From positions 1 to 32,296 of the IMG/VR virus record IMGVR_UViG_3300017911_001987: 32,296 nucleotides of DNA; one strand, written 5' to 3'. The notes beneath the pieces are model-generated. The model searched no databases and was not told where the DNA came from. It saw only the letters and a program-made list of their open reading frames with translations. The position numbers were made by a program, and so were the translations under genes. This document shows positions 17,744 through 26,487 of this stretch, piece after piece. The number at the start of each line of letters is the position of its first letter. Within the stretch, counting starts at the first letter, position 1. This stretch comes from a virus. Its lineage: Duplodnaviria; Caudoviricetes.

Positions 17744-17751
17744 TATTTATC
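17744..17751 (-). promoter_or_regulatory. Late promoter GATAAATA for gp26/gp51/PMM
   Basis: Exact octamer on the minus strand, facing the promoter at 17710. Confidence 0.75.
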
Positions 17752-17782
17752 ACCATAAAAACAGCATTTAATAGAGAACTGA

Positions 17783-20700
17783 ATGGCAAACATTACATTA
17801 CCAGACGGCACAGTGATACCAGAATACGCTCTGGAAACCACTCAAGCCAGCATGGAAAAACTACTCACTGCACTTGTGGGCTCTGACGAAAAGGCCATGA
17901 AGCATTATGAAGCTCTGGTTAAAAACGCCAAACAACAAACTACAGACGGCAAGGCAGCCAATCAGACTGCTGAAGAAAGTTTAAATGCACTGAAAGAAAT
18001 TCAGAAAGACACCAAAGCAGGAAAAAGCATGCTGGGATCATCACTAAGTGTGATGGGCAATGTGGCAGATGGAACCAGTAATCTACTGATAAAATTGGGT
18101 GTTGCTGCAAGTGGAGCAGCACTTAGTGGTATCAGTTTATTAGCAAAAAATGCGTACAACCTGGGCACCTCATTAGCAGACCTAGGACAAGTAGGTATAG
18201 GCTTGGAAGGCATAAATGACACCACTCCCAGCACCATAGCCAGTTTAAACCGTTTGGGTTTAACTAGTACAGAGGCCGCAGATCAATTGTTCAATTCAGC
18301 TAGCACTATTGCAGCCATAGGACAAAAGCAGTTTGTTCAGGTTAACGCTGTGTTAGCAGATATGACAAACAGTGGTGCCAGATTTGGTTTAACCATGAGC
18401 GGTCTTGCCAACATAGCAGCAGAAGATCTGGAAACCAGACAAAAATTAGGTATCCTGGACAATCTGAATGCAAGTCAGGCCGCACAAAGAAGTCAAGAGC
18501 TATACCAAAGCCAGATGGATGCTACCAAATTGCTGGGCAAAACCATAAACGATATAAGACTAGCCAGCCGTAATACCCTGCAAGGAAATGCAGAGTTTGC
18601 ACTCAGAGTGCTGGATATAAGCAGCAGACTGGATGCCGAATCTGCACGTGGTTTTGTACAAGGCATGGAAATGGGCCTGGGTGCACTAGCCGGAAGTGGA
18701 CTTGGCGATAGCCTAATTGATCAGATCGGTAACGAAATAGGTGCTGCTGTGGCATTTGCCAGTGACGGTGGACAGGAACTGTTTAGAACATTAAACTTTA
18801 TAAACCCTGCTCTCACCGAGTCTGTGAGAAACATGAACCAGATTGCTAAATCTGACTCTCCTCAAAAGATTGCTGGCGCCATGGATAAGTTTAATGAGCA
18901 ACTGCTGAACACTGCCGCTGATATGGGCAGTGAAGAATTTAATGCACTGAGTGCTCAATTGTTGGCAGGAAACTTTGGACAATTTGGTAGAGATCTAGCA
19001 ATCAGTTTAGGTGAAATCAGAATAGCTGCAGGAAATTTGGGTAAAGACACAGCCGCAGAATTTTCTCAACTGGCCCAGGGTGCCAAAACATTCGATAATG
19101 CCATGGCCAAGTTTAGTGGCGGTATTACCGGCATGTTTAACGAAATGAGCGGTGCACTGGGTCCTGCTGTTGGCGGACTTGCAGGAGCATTTACTGACAC
19201 CATGAACGAATTACCTGCAGGTGCTACAAATCTCAAAACTTACATGGACGAATCAGGAAAGATATTAAGAACCTATACAGATAAGTCCGGTAATGAAATC
19301 ACTGAAAACATCACAGATCAGATAGGCATAGCCACACAGTTCAAATTCACCATGCGTGATATTTCTCAAGCATTAGCTGAAGCATTTGGCGGTGCTGAGG
19401 GAGACTTTAAAAATCTGGGAGACATGCTCAGAGCAAACGTGGTGCCTGCAATCAGAAATTTTGGTGATTGGTTCCAGAGCGGCGGTTTTGAAAAAATTAA
19501 AAGTGCATTTTCATTTGTGGGCGGTGTGCTGTCAGGCTTTGGTGAAGCAATAAAATTTGTAGCAGACATTGTCACTACTACACTGATGCCAATGTTTGGT
19601 TCCGGAGATGGCGACAAACTTTCAATAGATTTTGCAGAGTTGGGCAAAACTATTGGACTGTCCATTGCAGGGTTTATAGCACTCACAAAAACAGTTAAAC
19701 TGTTAAACGCTGGCATGGGAGTAGCCAAAACAGTTGGTGGGTTGTTCAAGGGTGGTGCTGGTGCAGCATCGTCAGCCGCAAGCAGTGTTGGTGGCGCAGC
19801 AGGCGGAGCCGCCGCTAAAACAGGTGCCGGCATTGCTAAATTAGGAAGAGGTATTGGCAGTGGTGTGGGTGCTATTTTTTCAGGATTAGGTAAAGGACTA
19901 GCCGCAGTACCAGTCGCGGCACTCAAAGGTGCCGGAATTATTGCTGGTGCAATTACTATACTAGCAGGTGGTGTTAAAGCCGCGGCGTTTATTCTCAACA
20001 TGGGCGGCGAAGATGGTCTCAAACAATTAAGCAGTGGCTTTGCCAGCTTTAATGATATAGACGGCAGGAACCTGGTATCTGTGGGTGCAGGACTAACTGC
20101 ACTGGGTTTGGGATTAGCAGCTTTTGGAGCAGGCAGTGTGGTAGGTGCACTGGGCAACTTAACTGCAGGACTGATGGACAGCATGAATAAATTCTTTGGC
20201 GGCTCCACCATATTTGAAAAAGTTGAAGAATTTGCAAAATACAATTTCCCTGTAGACCGAATTAAAAACAATGCTGAGGCAATTGTGGCATATGCCAAGG
20301 CCATGGCATCTGCTGGTGGTGGCACTGTGGCTTCCAGCATGGGTAACTTTATAGCGTCCATTACAGACGGTTTAGTTAAATTGTTTGGCGGAGACACACC
20401 ACTGGAAAAAGTACAAAAATTTGGTGATATGCAAATTAATTCAGAAGGCATATTGCAAAACGCCGATGCACTCAGAACTTACGGGATTGCCATGTCAGAG
20501 CTAAGTGATATAGATTATCCTGGAAACACAATAGGCAGTTTCTTGTCTGATATAGGGTCTGGCTTACTAAGTTTACTGGGTGGCGACAGTCCTCTGGAAA
20601 AACTTCAAGATTTTGGTGACATGAATATTAATGCACAAGGTATAAACACTAATGCCACAGCCATTGCTACCTATGCAAATGCCATGCAAAGTCTAAGCAG

Positions 20701-21085
20701 TTTGGGCGATATTGCTGATCCAAACACTGCAGCACTGGATGCGTACACGTCATCGTTAAAATCTCTTACAGAGCTGGATGCAGACAGTCTGGTGTCCATT
20801 AGCCAAGCCATGGAAAGAATTAATCGCAACCTGATTGGATCAAATGCCAACACTGTGAGTGTAACAAATGATGTGCTAAACACAACTGATACCCAAGCAG
20901 TGGTGCCTCCTACGCCAGCGATACAGGAACTTGTGGGGCCACCAACACCTGAGTCAGCAGGCACCAGCTCAGTTATGCCGCCCGCCGTAGAGAAATCAGA
21001 TTCTGGACGTGATTTGTTGAGTGCTGTTAGAAGAACAAACCAAAAACTGGACACACTGATCTCTGCCACACAAAAAGCATCTTGA
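17783..21085 (+). CDS. Tape-measure-like tail protein (1100 aa)
   Basis: Long Ala/Gly-rich, probably helical protein with hydrophobic stretches and internal repeats; late promoter; adjacent to the gp26/gp51 chaperones. Confidence 0.7.
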   Translation: MANITLPDGTVIPEYALETTQASMEKLLTALVGSDEKAMKHYEALVKNAKQQTTDGKAANQTAEESLNALKEIQKDTKAGKSMLGSSLSVMGNVADGTSNLLIKLGVAASGAALSGISLLAKNAYNLGTSLADLGQVGIGLEGINDTTPSTIASLNRLGLTSTEAADQLFNSASTIAAIGQKQFVQVNAVLADMTNSGARFGLTMSGLANIAAEDLETRQKLGILDNLNASQAAQRSQELYQSQMDATKLLGKTINDIRLASRNTLQGNAEFALRVLDISSRLDAESARGFVQGMEMGLGALAGSGLGDSLIDQIGNEIGAAVAFASDGGQELFRTLNFINPALTESVRNMNQIAKSDSPQKIAGAMDKFNEQLLNTAADMGSEEFNALSAQLLAGNFGQFGRDLAISLGEIRIAAGNLGKDTAAEFSQLAQGAKTFDNAMAKFSGGITGMFNEMSGALGPAVGGLAGAFTDTMNELPAGATNLKTYMDESGKILRTYTDKSGNEITENITDQIGIATQFKFTMRDISQALAEAFGGAEGDFKNLGDMLRANVVPAIRNFGDWFQSGGFEKIKSAFSFVGGVLSGFGEAIKFVADIVTTTLMPMFGSGDGDKLSIDFAELGKTIGLSIAGFIALTKTVKLLNAGMGVAKTVGGLFKGGAGAASSAASSVGGAAGGAAAKTGAGIAKLGRGIGSGVGAIFSGLGKGLAAVPVAALKGAGIIAGAITILAGGVKAAAFILNMGGEDGLKQLSSGFASFNDIDGRNLVSVGAGLTALGLGLAAFGAGSVVGALGNLTAGLMDSMNKFFGGSTIFEKVEEFAKYNFPVDRIKNNAEAIVAYAKAMASAGGGTVASSMGNFIASITDGLVKLFGGDTPLEKVQKFGDMQINSEGILQNADALRTYGIAMSELSDIDYPGNTIGSFLSDIGSGLLSLLGGDSPLEKLQDFGDMNINAQGINTNATAIATYANAMQSLSSLGDIADPNTAALDAYTSSLKSLTELDADSLVSISQAMERINRNLIGSNANTVSVTNDVLNTTDTQAVVPPTPAIQELVGPPTPESAGTSSVMPPAVEKSDSGRDLLSAVRRTNQKLDTLISATQKAS
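20130..20700 (+). repeat. Three ~63-64 aa repeats in the tape-measure-like protein
   Basis: GGSTIFEKVEEF (20198), GGDTPLEKVQKFGDM (20387) and GGDSPLEKLQDFGDM (20579), each followed by I..NA.A...Y..AM. Confidence 0.8.
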
Positions 21086-21762
21086 TGTCAAACTTACTGA
21101 TATATCAATATTTTCGTGACCCAGTGCTGGATGATCAGCCTCATGAAAAACCTTGGCGCCAAATCATGGGCACTGGTTACCACAAACTCAGCAAGCAATC
21201 CATCAGCAAGTATGCAGAAAAATGCAATGTGGAATACAAATTTCTGGACCACTATATAGGATACTCCACATTTTACGGCATATTCCTGCCTTTTTTAGAA
21301 TACTGGGCACACGATTATGATGCTGTTTGTTTTGTGGACAGTGATGTACTAGCCACTGTGAATTTTGAAAACGTATTCACACACATGCAACCTGACTGTG
21401 TAAACATATCCTTAACTGGCACCAAGAGCAATAACGAATGGTTAGATCAACAGGGCGGTATTGCTAATTCAGGAGTTGTGATATTTCCAAAAAACATATA
21501 TGGCGACATCACAGACTTTGTGCTGAACAACATCAATAAAAACTCTGGCCGTGGCAAATGGGGTAATTGGGATCAGCTGATAATTAACCGGTTTCTGGTA
21601 CACTCAAAAAAAGTAAACAATTTGCCTAAACAATTCAACTGGCATATGGGCAAGTATTCAAACGACAAAAACAGCAGATGCTCACAGACTCTGATACATT
21701 ATCATGGAAAATTCAAAGTATTAATAGAAACTGAATTTCATGATGAATGCATACTGAAATAG
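21085..21762 (+). CDS. GT-A fold glycosyltransferase (GT8/GT34-like)
   Basis: FVDSD (DxD), ANSGV, WDQ, FNW, IHYHG motifs; the ATG overlaps the upstream TGA. Confidence 0.8.
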   Translation: MSNLLIYQYFRDPVLDDQPHEKPWRQIMGTGYHKLSKQSISKYAEKCNVEYKFLDHYIGYSTFYGIFLPFLEYWAHDYDAVCFVDSDVLATVNFENVFTHMQPDCVNISLTGTKSNNEWLDQQGGIANSGVVIFPKNIYGDITDFVLNNINKNSGRGKWGNWDQLIINRFLVHSKKVNNLPKQFNWHMGKYSNDKNSRCSQTLIHYHGKFKVLIETEFHDECILK

Positions 21763-21799
21763 TACTTGCCGATATATTTTTCAGGTTCTTGTTTTTTGG

Positions 21800-21807
21800 G
21801 ATAAATA
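21800..21807 (+). promoter_or_regulatory. Late promoter GATAAATA for the portal gene
   Basis: Exact octamer 29 nt upstream of the portal ATG. Confidence 0.8.
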
Positions 21808-21836
21808 GTTGCATATAACTTTAAAAGAGACATTAT

Positions 21837-23546
21837 ATGAGTTGGAGAAAACACTTTACACCTGTAGACAACAGTGGCATGCCTTTAAATGTTCAGGGCA
21901 CACCTTCCACTGGCATGCCGGGTGCTGCAAGTAGCCGTTTCGAAAGCTGGTTACCTGAAGTTTATGCTGGCTCTCCTAATCGTCTGCTCAGATATATGCA
22001 GTACGATAACATGGACGGTGATTCAGAGATTAATACTGCTTTAGATACTATAGCAGAATTTGGCACACAAGAAGATGATTACAATGGTTTACCATTTAGT
22101 GTTAATTATCATGAAGATCCGTCTGATACAGAAAGTAAAATTATCACCAAAACACTAACGCAATGGTGTAACCTAAACGACTTATATAAAAGAGCATTCA
22201 AAATTTTCCGTAACACCATCAAGTACGGAGATCAGATTTTTATTCGTGACCCAGAAACATATGAGTTGATGTGGGTAGATCCTGCTAACGTTGAGAAAGT
22301 TATCGTTAACGAAAGCGAAGGCAAAAAAATCGAAACATACTTTATTAAAAACATTGATCCCATCACAGCAGAACGTGTAGCAACTGATGTTGCACCAATG
22401 CATGCCAGACCTTTTGGAAGTGGTCAAGGTATTACAGGCATCATGAGCCCCACAAACATCAGTGCAACAGGTTATGCACCAGGTTCAGTGGAAGGACAGG
22501 ATCAAGGTATTCCAGTAGATGCGGCACACGTTGTGCACATCAGTTTAACTGAAGGCATGGACGGTGCATGGCCATTTGGTATCAGTATCCTGGAACCTAT
22601 TTTTAAAACATTCAAACAAAAAGAGCTGTTGGAAGACAGTATTATTATATACAGAGTGCACAGAGCACCAGAAAGACGTGTGTTTTTTATTGATGTGGGT
22701 AACATGCCCCCTCACAAAGCAAGTCAGTATCTGGAGCAAGTTAAGTATGCAGTACAACAAAAACGTATTCCAGGCAAAAACAAAGACGGTGGCAGTGTAG
22801 CAGACAGTGCATATAACCCAATGAGCATGCTGGAAGATTACTTCTTTGCACAAACAGCAGAAGGCAGAGGCAGTAAAGTAGACACATTACCAGGCGGTGA
22901 AAACCTGGGACAGATAGATGATTTAAGGTACTTCAATAACAAACTTCTACGTGGATTAAGGGTACCCAGTAGTTACCTACCAACCGGGCCAGAAGATGGA
23001 TCCTCAGTATATAATGACGGAAAAGTGGGCGTTGCATACATTCAAGAGTATAGATTTGCCAAGTATGTGGAGCGTTTACAGAAACAAATTCAAGAAGATC
23101 TTGACAGAGAATTCAAGATGTTTGTAAAACATCGTGGTGTTGAAATCGATAGCGGTAACTACTATTTGGAATTCAACAAACCAATGAACTTTAGTTCATA
23201 CAGAGAAATACAACTGGAAGCAGAAAAAGCACAACTGTTTGCACAAATACAGGCTATACCTTACATGGCCAATCAGTTTAAACTTAAAAAATATCTGGGC
23301 TTAACTGATGATGAAATCCGTGAAAACGAAGAGCTGTGGAGACAGGAAAACGGTGCAGATAAAGTAGAACTAGCGGCAAATCAGGAAGGTATTCCTGGAT
23401 TAGGAGCAATGGGACTGAGACCAGAACCCAACATGAATGTAGATCCAGAAGCTGATGTAGACTTGACAGATATCGAAATGCCTGCAGATGCTGACATGGG
23501 AGGTGAAGTTCCGCCCCCACAACCTGGAGGAGAACCAGTACAATGA
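21837..23546 (+). CDS. gp20: Portal protein
   Basis: LLEDSIIIYRVHRAPERRVFFIDVGNMP, MLEDYFF, GRGSKVDTLPGGENLGQIDDLRYF: diagnostic gp20 motifs. Confidence 0.97.
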   Translation: MSWRKHFTPVDNSGMPLNVQGTPSTGMPGAASSRFESWLPEVYAGSPNRLLRYMQYDNMDGDSEINTALDTIAEFGTQEDDYNGLPFSVNYHEDPSDTESKIITKTLTQWCNLNDLYKRAFKIFRNTIKYGDQIFIRDPETYELMWVDPANVEKVIVNESEGKKIETYFIKNIDPITAERVATDVAPMHARPFGSGQGITGIMSPTNISATGYAPGSVEGQDQGIPVDAAHVVHISLTEGMDGAWPFGISILEPIFKTFKQKELLEDSIIIYRVHRAPERRVFFIDVGNMPPHKASQYLEQVKYAVQQKRIPGKNKDGGSVADSAYNPMSMLEDYFFAQTAEGRGSKVDTLPGGENLGQIDDLRYFNNKLLRGLRVPSSYLPTGPEDGSSVYNDGKVGVAYIQEYRFAKYVERLQKQIQEDLDREFKMFVKHRGVEIDSGNYYLEFNKPMNFSSYREIQLEAEKAQLFAQIQAIPYMANQFKLKKYLGLTDDEIRENEELWRQENGADKVELAANQEGIPGLGAMGLRPEPNMNVDPEADVDLTDIEMPADADMGGEVPPPQPGGEPVQ

Positions 23547-23746
23547 GATTAAATGAATTTTATGATCCTGCTCGTGATGAATTTACCAAAAGAGATCAGG
23601 ACGATACTAGAAAAAGCAAGCTCACTCTAGAAGAGCTAAATAAACTACGTAAGTACAGAGAAATAAAGAAACTGGAAAAAATAGAGCATGACAAGTTCGC
23701 CAGAACTATGTATGCAGCACCCAGCACAGATAATAACACCATATAA
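23543..23746 (+). CDS. Small head-module protein (67 aa)
   Basis: ATGA overlap with the portal stop; N-terminal MRLNE resembles (I/L)xE prohead-protease sites. Confidence 0.75.
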   Translation: MRLNEFYDPARDEFTKRDQDDTRKSKLTLEELNKLRKYREIKKLEKIEHDKFARTMYAAPSTDNNTI

Positions 23747-23796
23747 ATTATCTGGTTTCTTTGTTAAATAAATTGTAGAACAGCATCAAACACACA

Positions 23797-23820
23797 AAAT
23801 GGCTCAGATCTGAGCTATTT
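23797..23820 (+). terminator. 24-nt near-palindrome; possible terminator or processing hairpin
   Basis: AAATGGCTCA-GATC-TGAGCTATTT followed by CTGTT. Confidence 0.45.
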
Positions 23821-23842
23821 CTGTTACATTTCTGTGAATCCC

Positions 23843-23850
23843 TATAAGTA
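23843..23850 (+). promoter_or_regulatory. Late-promoter variant TATAAGTA for the core/protease/scaffold/capsid operon
   Basis: 1 mismatch from T4 TATAAATA; followed by the leader hairpin TAGACAG-TAA-TTGTCTA (23863-23879) and a GGAGG SD. Confidence 0.5.
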
Positions 23851-23904
23851 ATAATAAGAAGTTAGACAGTAATTGTCTATCTACTAAACTTATTGGAGGC
23901 CACA

Positions 23905-24705
23905 ATGTCAAGAGAAAATTTAGAACAAATTCTTGAACTCCTTTTATCTGAAGAGAACGAAAAAGCTGAAGAAATGCTACATGAGTATGTAGTTGCTAAA
24001 GCTCGTGCAGAGTACGAAAAAGTTCTTGATGAGAGCGAAGAAGAAGTTGAAGAAGAAGTTGAAGAATCAACAGATTCAGAAGACACAGAAGCCGTAGAAG
24101 AAGCAGAAGAAGTTGAAGTGGAAGTTGAAGAGTCAGAAGTTATTGAAGATGACTTTGCAGATGACCAAGACGAAGCAGAAGCTGAGATTGACGCTGATGA
24201 AACAGGCTTAGAAGAAGAAGAGCATGACGAAGAAGAGATGGAAGACGAAGGCGAAGGCGATGACGATCTTGAAGACAAGGTTGACGAGCTTGAAGCAGAG
24301 TTAGAAGATCTACGCTCTGAATTTGAAAAGTTAATGTCAGACGACGAAGACAAGCCAGAAGACGACATGGACATGGATATGGATTTAGACATGGATATGG
24401 ACGACAAAGGCGAAGAAGAAATGGAATCAGTCGAATATGATTTAGATGAAGCAGAAGCTGCAGATTCTGAAGAAATTGATGAAGCCACAAAATTAAGCGA
24501 CAACGTTGATCGTCAACCACTTGATGGTAAAGAAGTTGAAGCTGACAGCAATGAATCACCATACACAAAAGCACCAGCAAAGTCAAAAGTTGAAGGCGCA
24601 GGCGAGCCTGTAAAATCAAAAGATGGCGGCGAAGGTAACAAAGGTGAAGCAGCTAAGGACCACACACCTACAGACAATATTAAAGTTGAGCCTAAAAAGG
24701 CGTAG
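23905..24705 (+). CDS. Highly acidic prohead core protein (gp67/gp68-position analogue)
   Basis: Glu/Asp-rich low-complexity protein between portal and protease; the GGAGG SD favours ATG 23905 over TTG 23893. Confidence 0.7.
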   Translation: MSRENLEQILELLLSEENEKAEEMLHEYVVAKARAEYEKVLDESEEEVEEEVEESTDSEDTEAVEEAEEVEVEVEESEVIEDDFADDQDEAEAEIDADETGLEEEEHDEEEMEDEGEGDDDLEDKVDELEAELEDLRSEFEKLMSDDEDKPEDDMDMDMDLDMDMDDKGEEEMESVEYDLDEAEAADSEEIDEATKLSDNVDRQPLDGKEVEADSNESPYTKAPAKSKVEGAGEPVKSKDGGEGNKGEAAKDHTPTDNIKVEPKKA

Positions 24706-24721
24706 TAGGGAGTAGATTTTA

Positions 24722-25348
24722 ATGGCAACACGTAAACTATACGAATATATGAGCTCAGATCATGCGGGTCTGAAGCTTTTGGAATCAGAGGATGGTAAAG
24801 ACCTCATGATGAGCGGCTTGTTCATACAAGGAGAAGTTGAGAATCAGAATGGTCGTGTTTATCCAAAGTCTGAAATCCAACGTGCAGTTGAAAGTGTTAG
24901 AACTAGATTAAGCAAGGGCGAAACTGTTCTTGGTGAACTAGATCATCCAGAGGAACTACAAATTAACTTAGATCGTGTGAGTCATATTATTGTTGACATG
25001 CATTGTGAAGACAATAATGGAATGGGTAAACTTAAAATCATAGACACACCTATGGGTAACATTGCTCGTAGCCTGTTAAAGGCTGGAGCAAAACTGGGCG
25101 TAAGTAGTCGAGGTAGCGGTAATGTAAGTGAGAGCGGTAAAGTTTCTGACTTTGATATAGTTACAGTCGACATTGTGGCCCAGCCCAGTGCACCAGATGC
25201 ATATCCAAAGACAATTTATGAAAGTTTATTTAACATGAGAGGTGGTGCTGTAATTTACAACACTGCTTCTGCAGTAACACACGATACAACCGCAGAAAAA
25301 CACCTGATGAAGCAAATAACTGCTTTCATCAATGAACTTAAGAAGTAG
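24722..25348 (+). CDS. gp21: Prohead protease
   Basis: NQNGRVYP, LGELDHP, VSH, TPMGNI, LGVSSRGSG, DIVAQPSAPDA. Confidence 0.96.
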   Translation: MATRKLYEYMSSDHAGLKLLESEDGKDLMMSGLFIQGEVENQNGRVYPKSEIQRAVESVRTRLSKGETVLGELDHPEELQINLDRVSHIIVDMHCEDNNGMGKLKIIDTPMGNIARSLLKAGAKLGVSSRGSGNVSESGKVSDFDIVTVDIVAQPSAPDAYPKTIYESLFNMRGGAVIYNTASAVTHDTTAEKHLMKQITAFINELKK

Positions 25349-25357
25349 GAGACTACT

Positions 25358-26473
25358 ATGGCAGGTACATTTAACGAACTACTTGAAGGCACAGAGCTTA
25401 CAGAAGAAGTAAGAACTGCAATTCAAGAAGCTTGGGAAGGTAAACTTGCTGAGGCACGTGAAGAAGTAACAGCAGAACTCCGTGAGGAGTTTGCTCAGCG
25501 TTATGAGCATGATAAAGGTCTTATTGTGGAAGCAATGGACAATTTTATCAGCACAAAAGTTGAAGCTGAAATTTCAGAACTAGCTGAAGACAGAAAATCT
25601 TTATCCGAGCAACAAGTTAAGTATCGCAAAGCCATTAGTGAGCATGCAAAACTACTTGACAAATTTGTAACTGAAATGGTTGCAAAAGAAATCAAGGAAT
25701 TACGTGCAGACCGTAATCGTGTATCAGAGCACGTGAGCAAACTCGATGAGTTTGTAAGCGAGCAGTTAGCTGAAGAGCTAAAAGAGTTCCACGAGGACAA
25801 GAAAGCATTAGTTGAGCAAAAAGTCAAAATGATTAGACAAGGCAAAAAAGAACTTGCTGAATCTAAGAAAGACTTTATTAAGAAAGCAGCTGACAAAGTT
25901 GAAAACGTTGTCAACAAAGTTATTACTAATGAAGTTAGATCATTCAAAGACGATATCACTAAGGCTCGCGAAAATGACTTTGGCCGTAGAATTTTTGAAG
26001 CATTCGCAACTGAGTATAATACATCATACTTAAACGAAGCCAAAGAAATCAAATCGGTACAGAAACAATTAGCCGAAATGGGTAAGCAATTAGCAGAAGC
26101 ACAGGAAGCCGTTGTATCTCAACAGGAAGCAACAAAGTTAACTGAGTCAAAACTAAGAGTTGCAGAAGACCGTTATGCTCGTAATGAGACACTTAACAGT
26201 TTACTAGCACCACTAGGCAAAGAGAAGAAAGAGATAATGTCAGACTTACTTGAAAGTGTTAAGACAGAAAACTTACAGAAGCAATTCGACAAGTATCTAC
26301 CATCTGTTTTAGATGGCGAGACACCAAGAGTGAAAAAGACAATCACAGAATCAGTAGTTACAAAGGAACACACTGGTAATAAAAAGGCACCTGTGAAAGC
26401 AGAGGCCGATGACAACACGGATAGTGTTGTTGAGATTGACACAATCCGTAAATTAGCCGGACTTTCAAAATAA
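25358..26473 (+). CDS. gp22: Prohead scaffolding protein
   Basis: Coiled-coil, Glu/Lys-rich protein between protease and capsid gene, with many (I/L)xE sites. Confidence 0.85.
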   Translation: MAGTFNELLEGTELTEEVRTAIQEAWEGKLAEAREEVTAELREEFAQRYEHDKGLIVEAMDNFISTKVEAEISELAEDRKSLSEQQVKYRKAISEHAKLLDKFVTEMVAKEIKELRADRNRVSEHVSKLDEFVSEQLAEELKEFHEDKKALVEQKVKMIRQGKKELAESKKDFIKKAADKVENVVNKVITNEVRSFKDDITKARENDFGRRIFEAFATEYNTSYLNEAKEIKSVQKQLAEMGKQLAEAQEAVVSQQEATKLTESKLRVAEDRYARNETLNSLLAPLGKEKKEIMSDLLESVKTENLQKQFDKYLPSVLDGETPRVKKTITESVVTKEHTGNKKAPVKAEADDNTDSVVEIDTIRKLAGLSK

Positions 26474-26487
26474 TAGGAGTTTAGATC

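Noticed and set aside
19366-20451. 361-aa minus-strand ORF
   Set aside because: Antisense shadow of the Gly/Ala-rich tape-measure-like gene; its Pro/Ala/Ser composition is what the reverse complement predicts.
23877-24619. Ser-rich and Leu-rich minus-strand ORFs
   Set aside because: Mirror of the GAA/GAC-rich acidic core gene.
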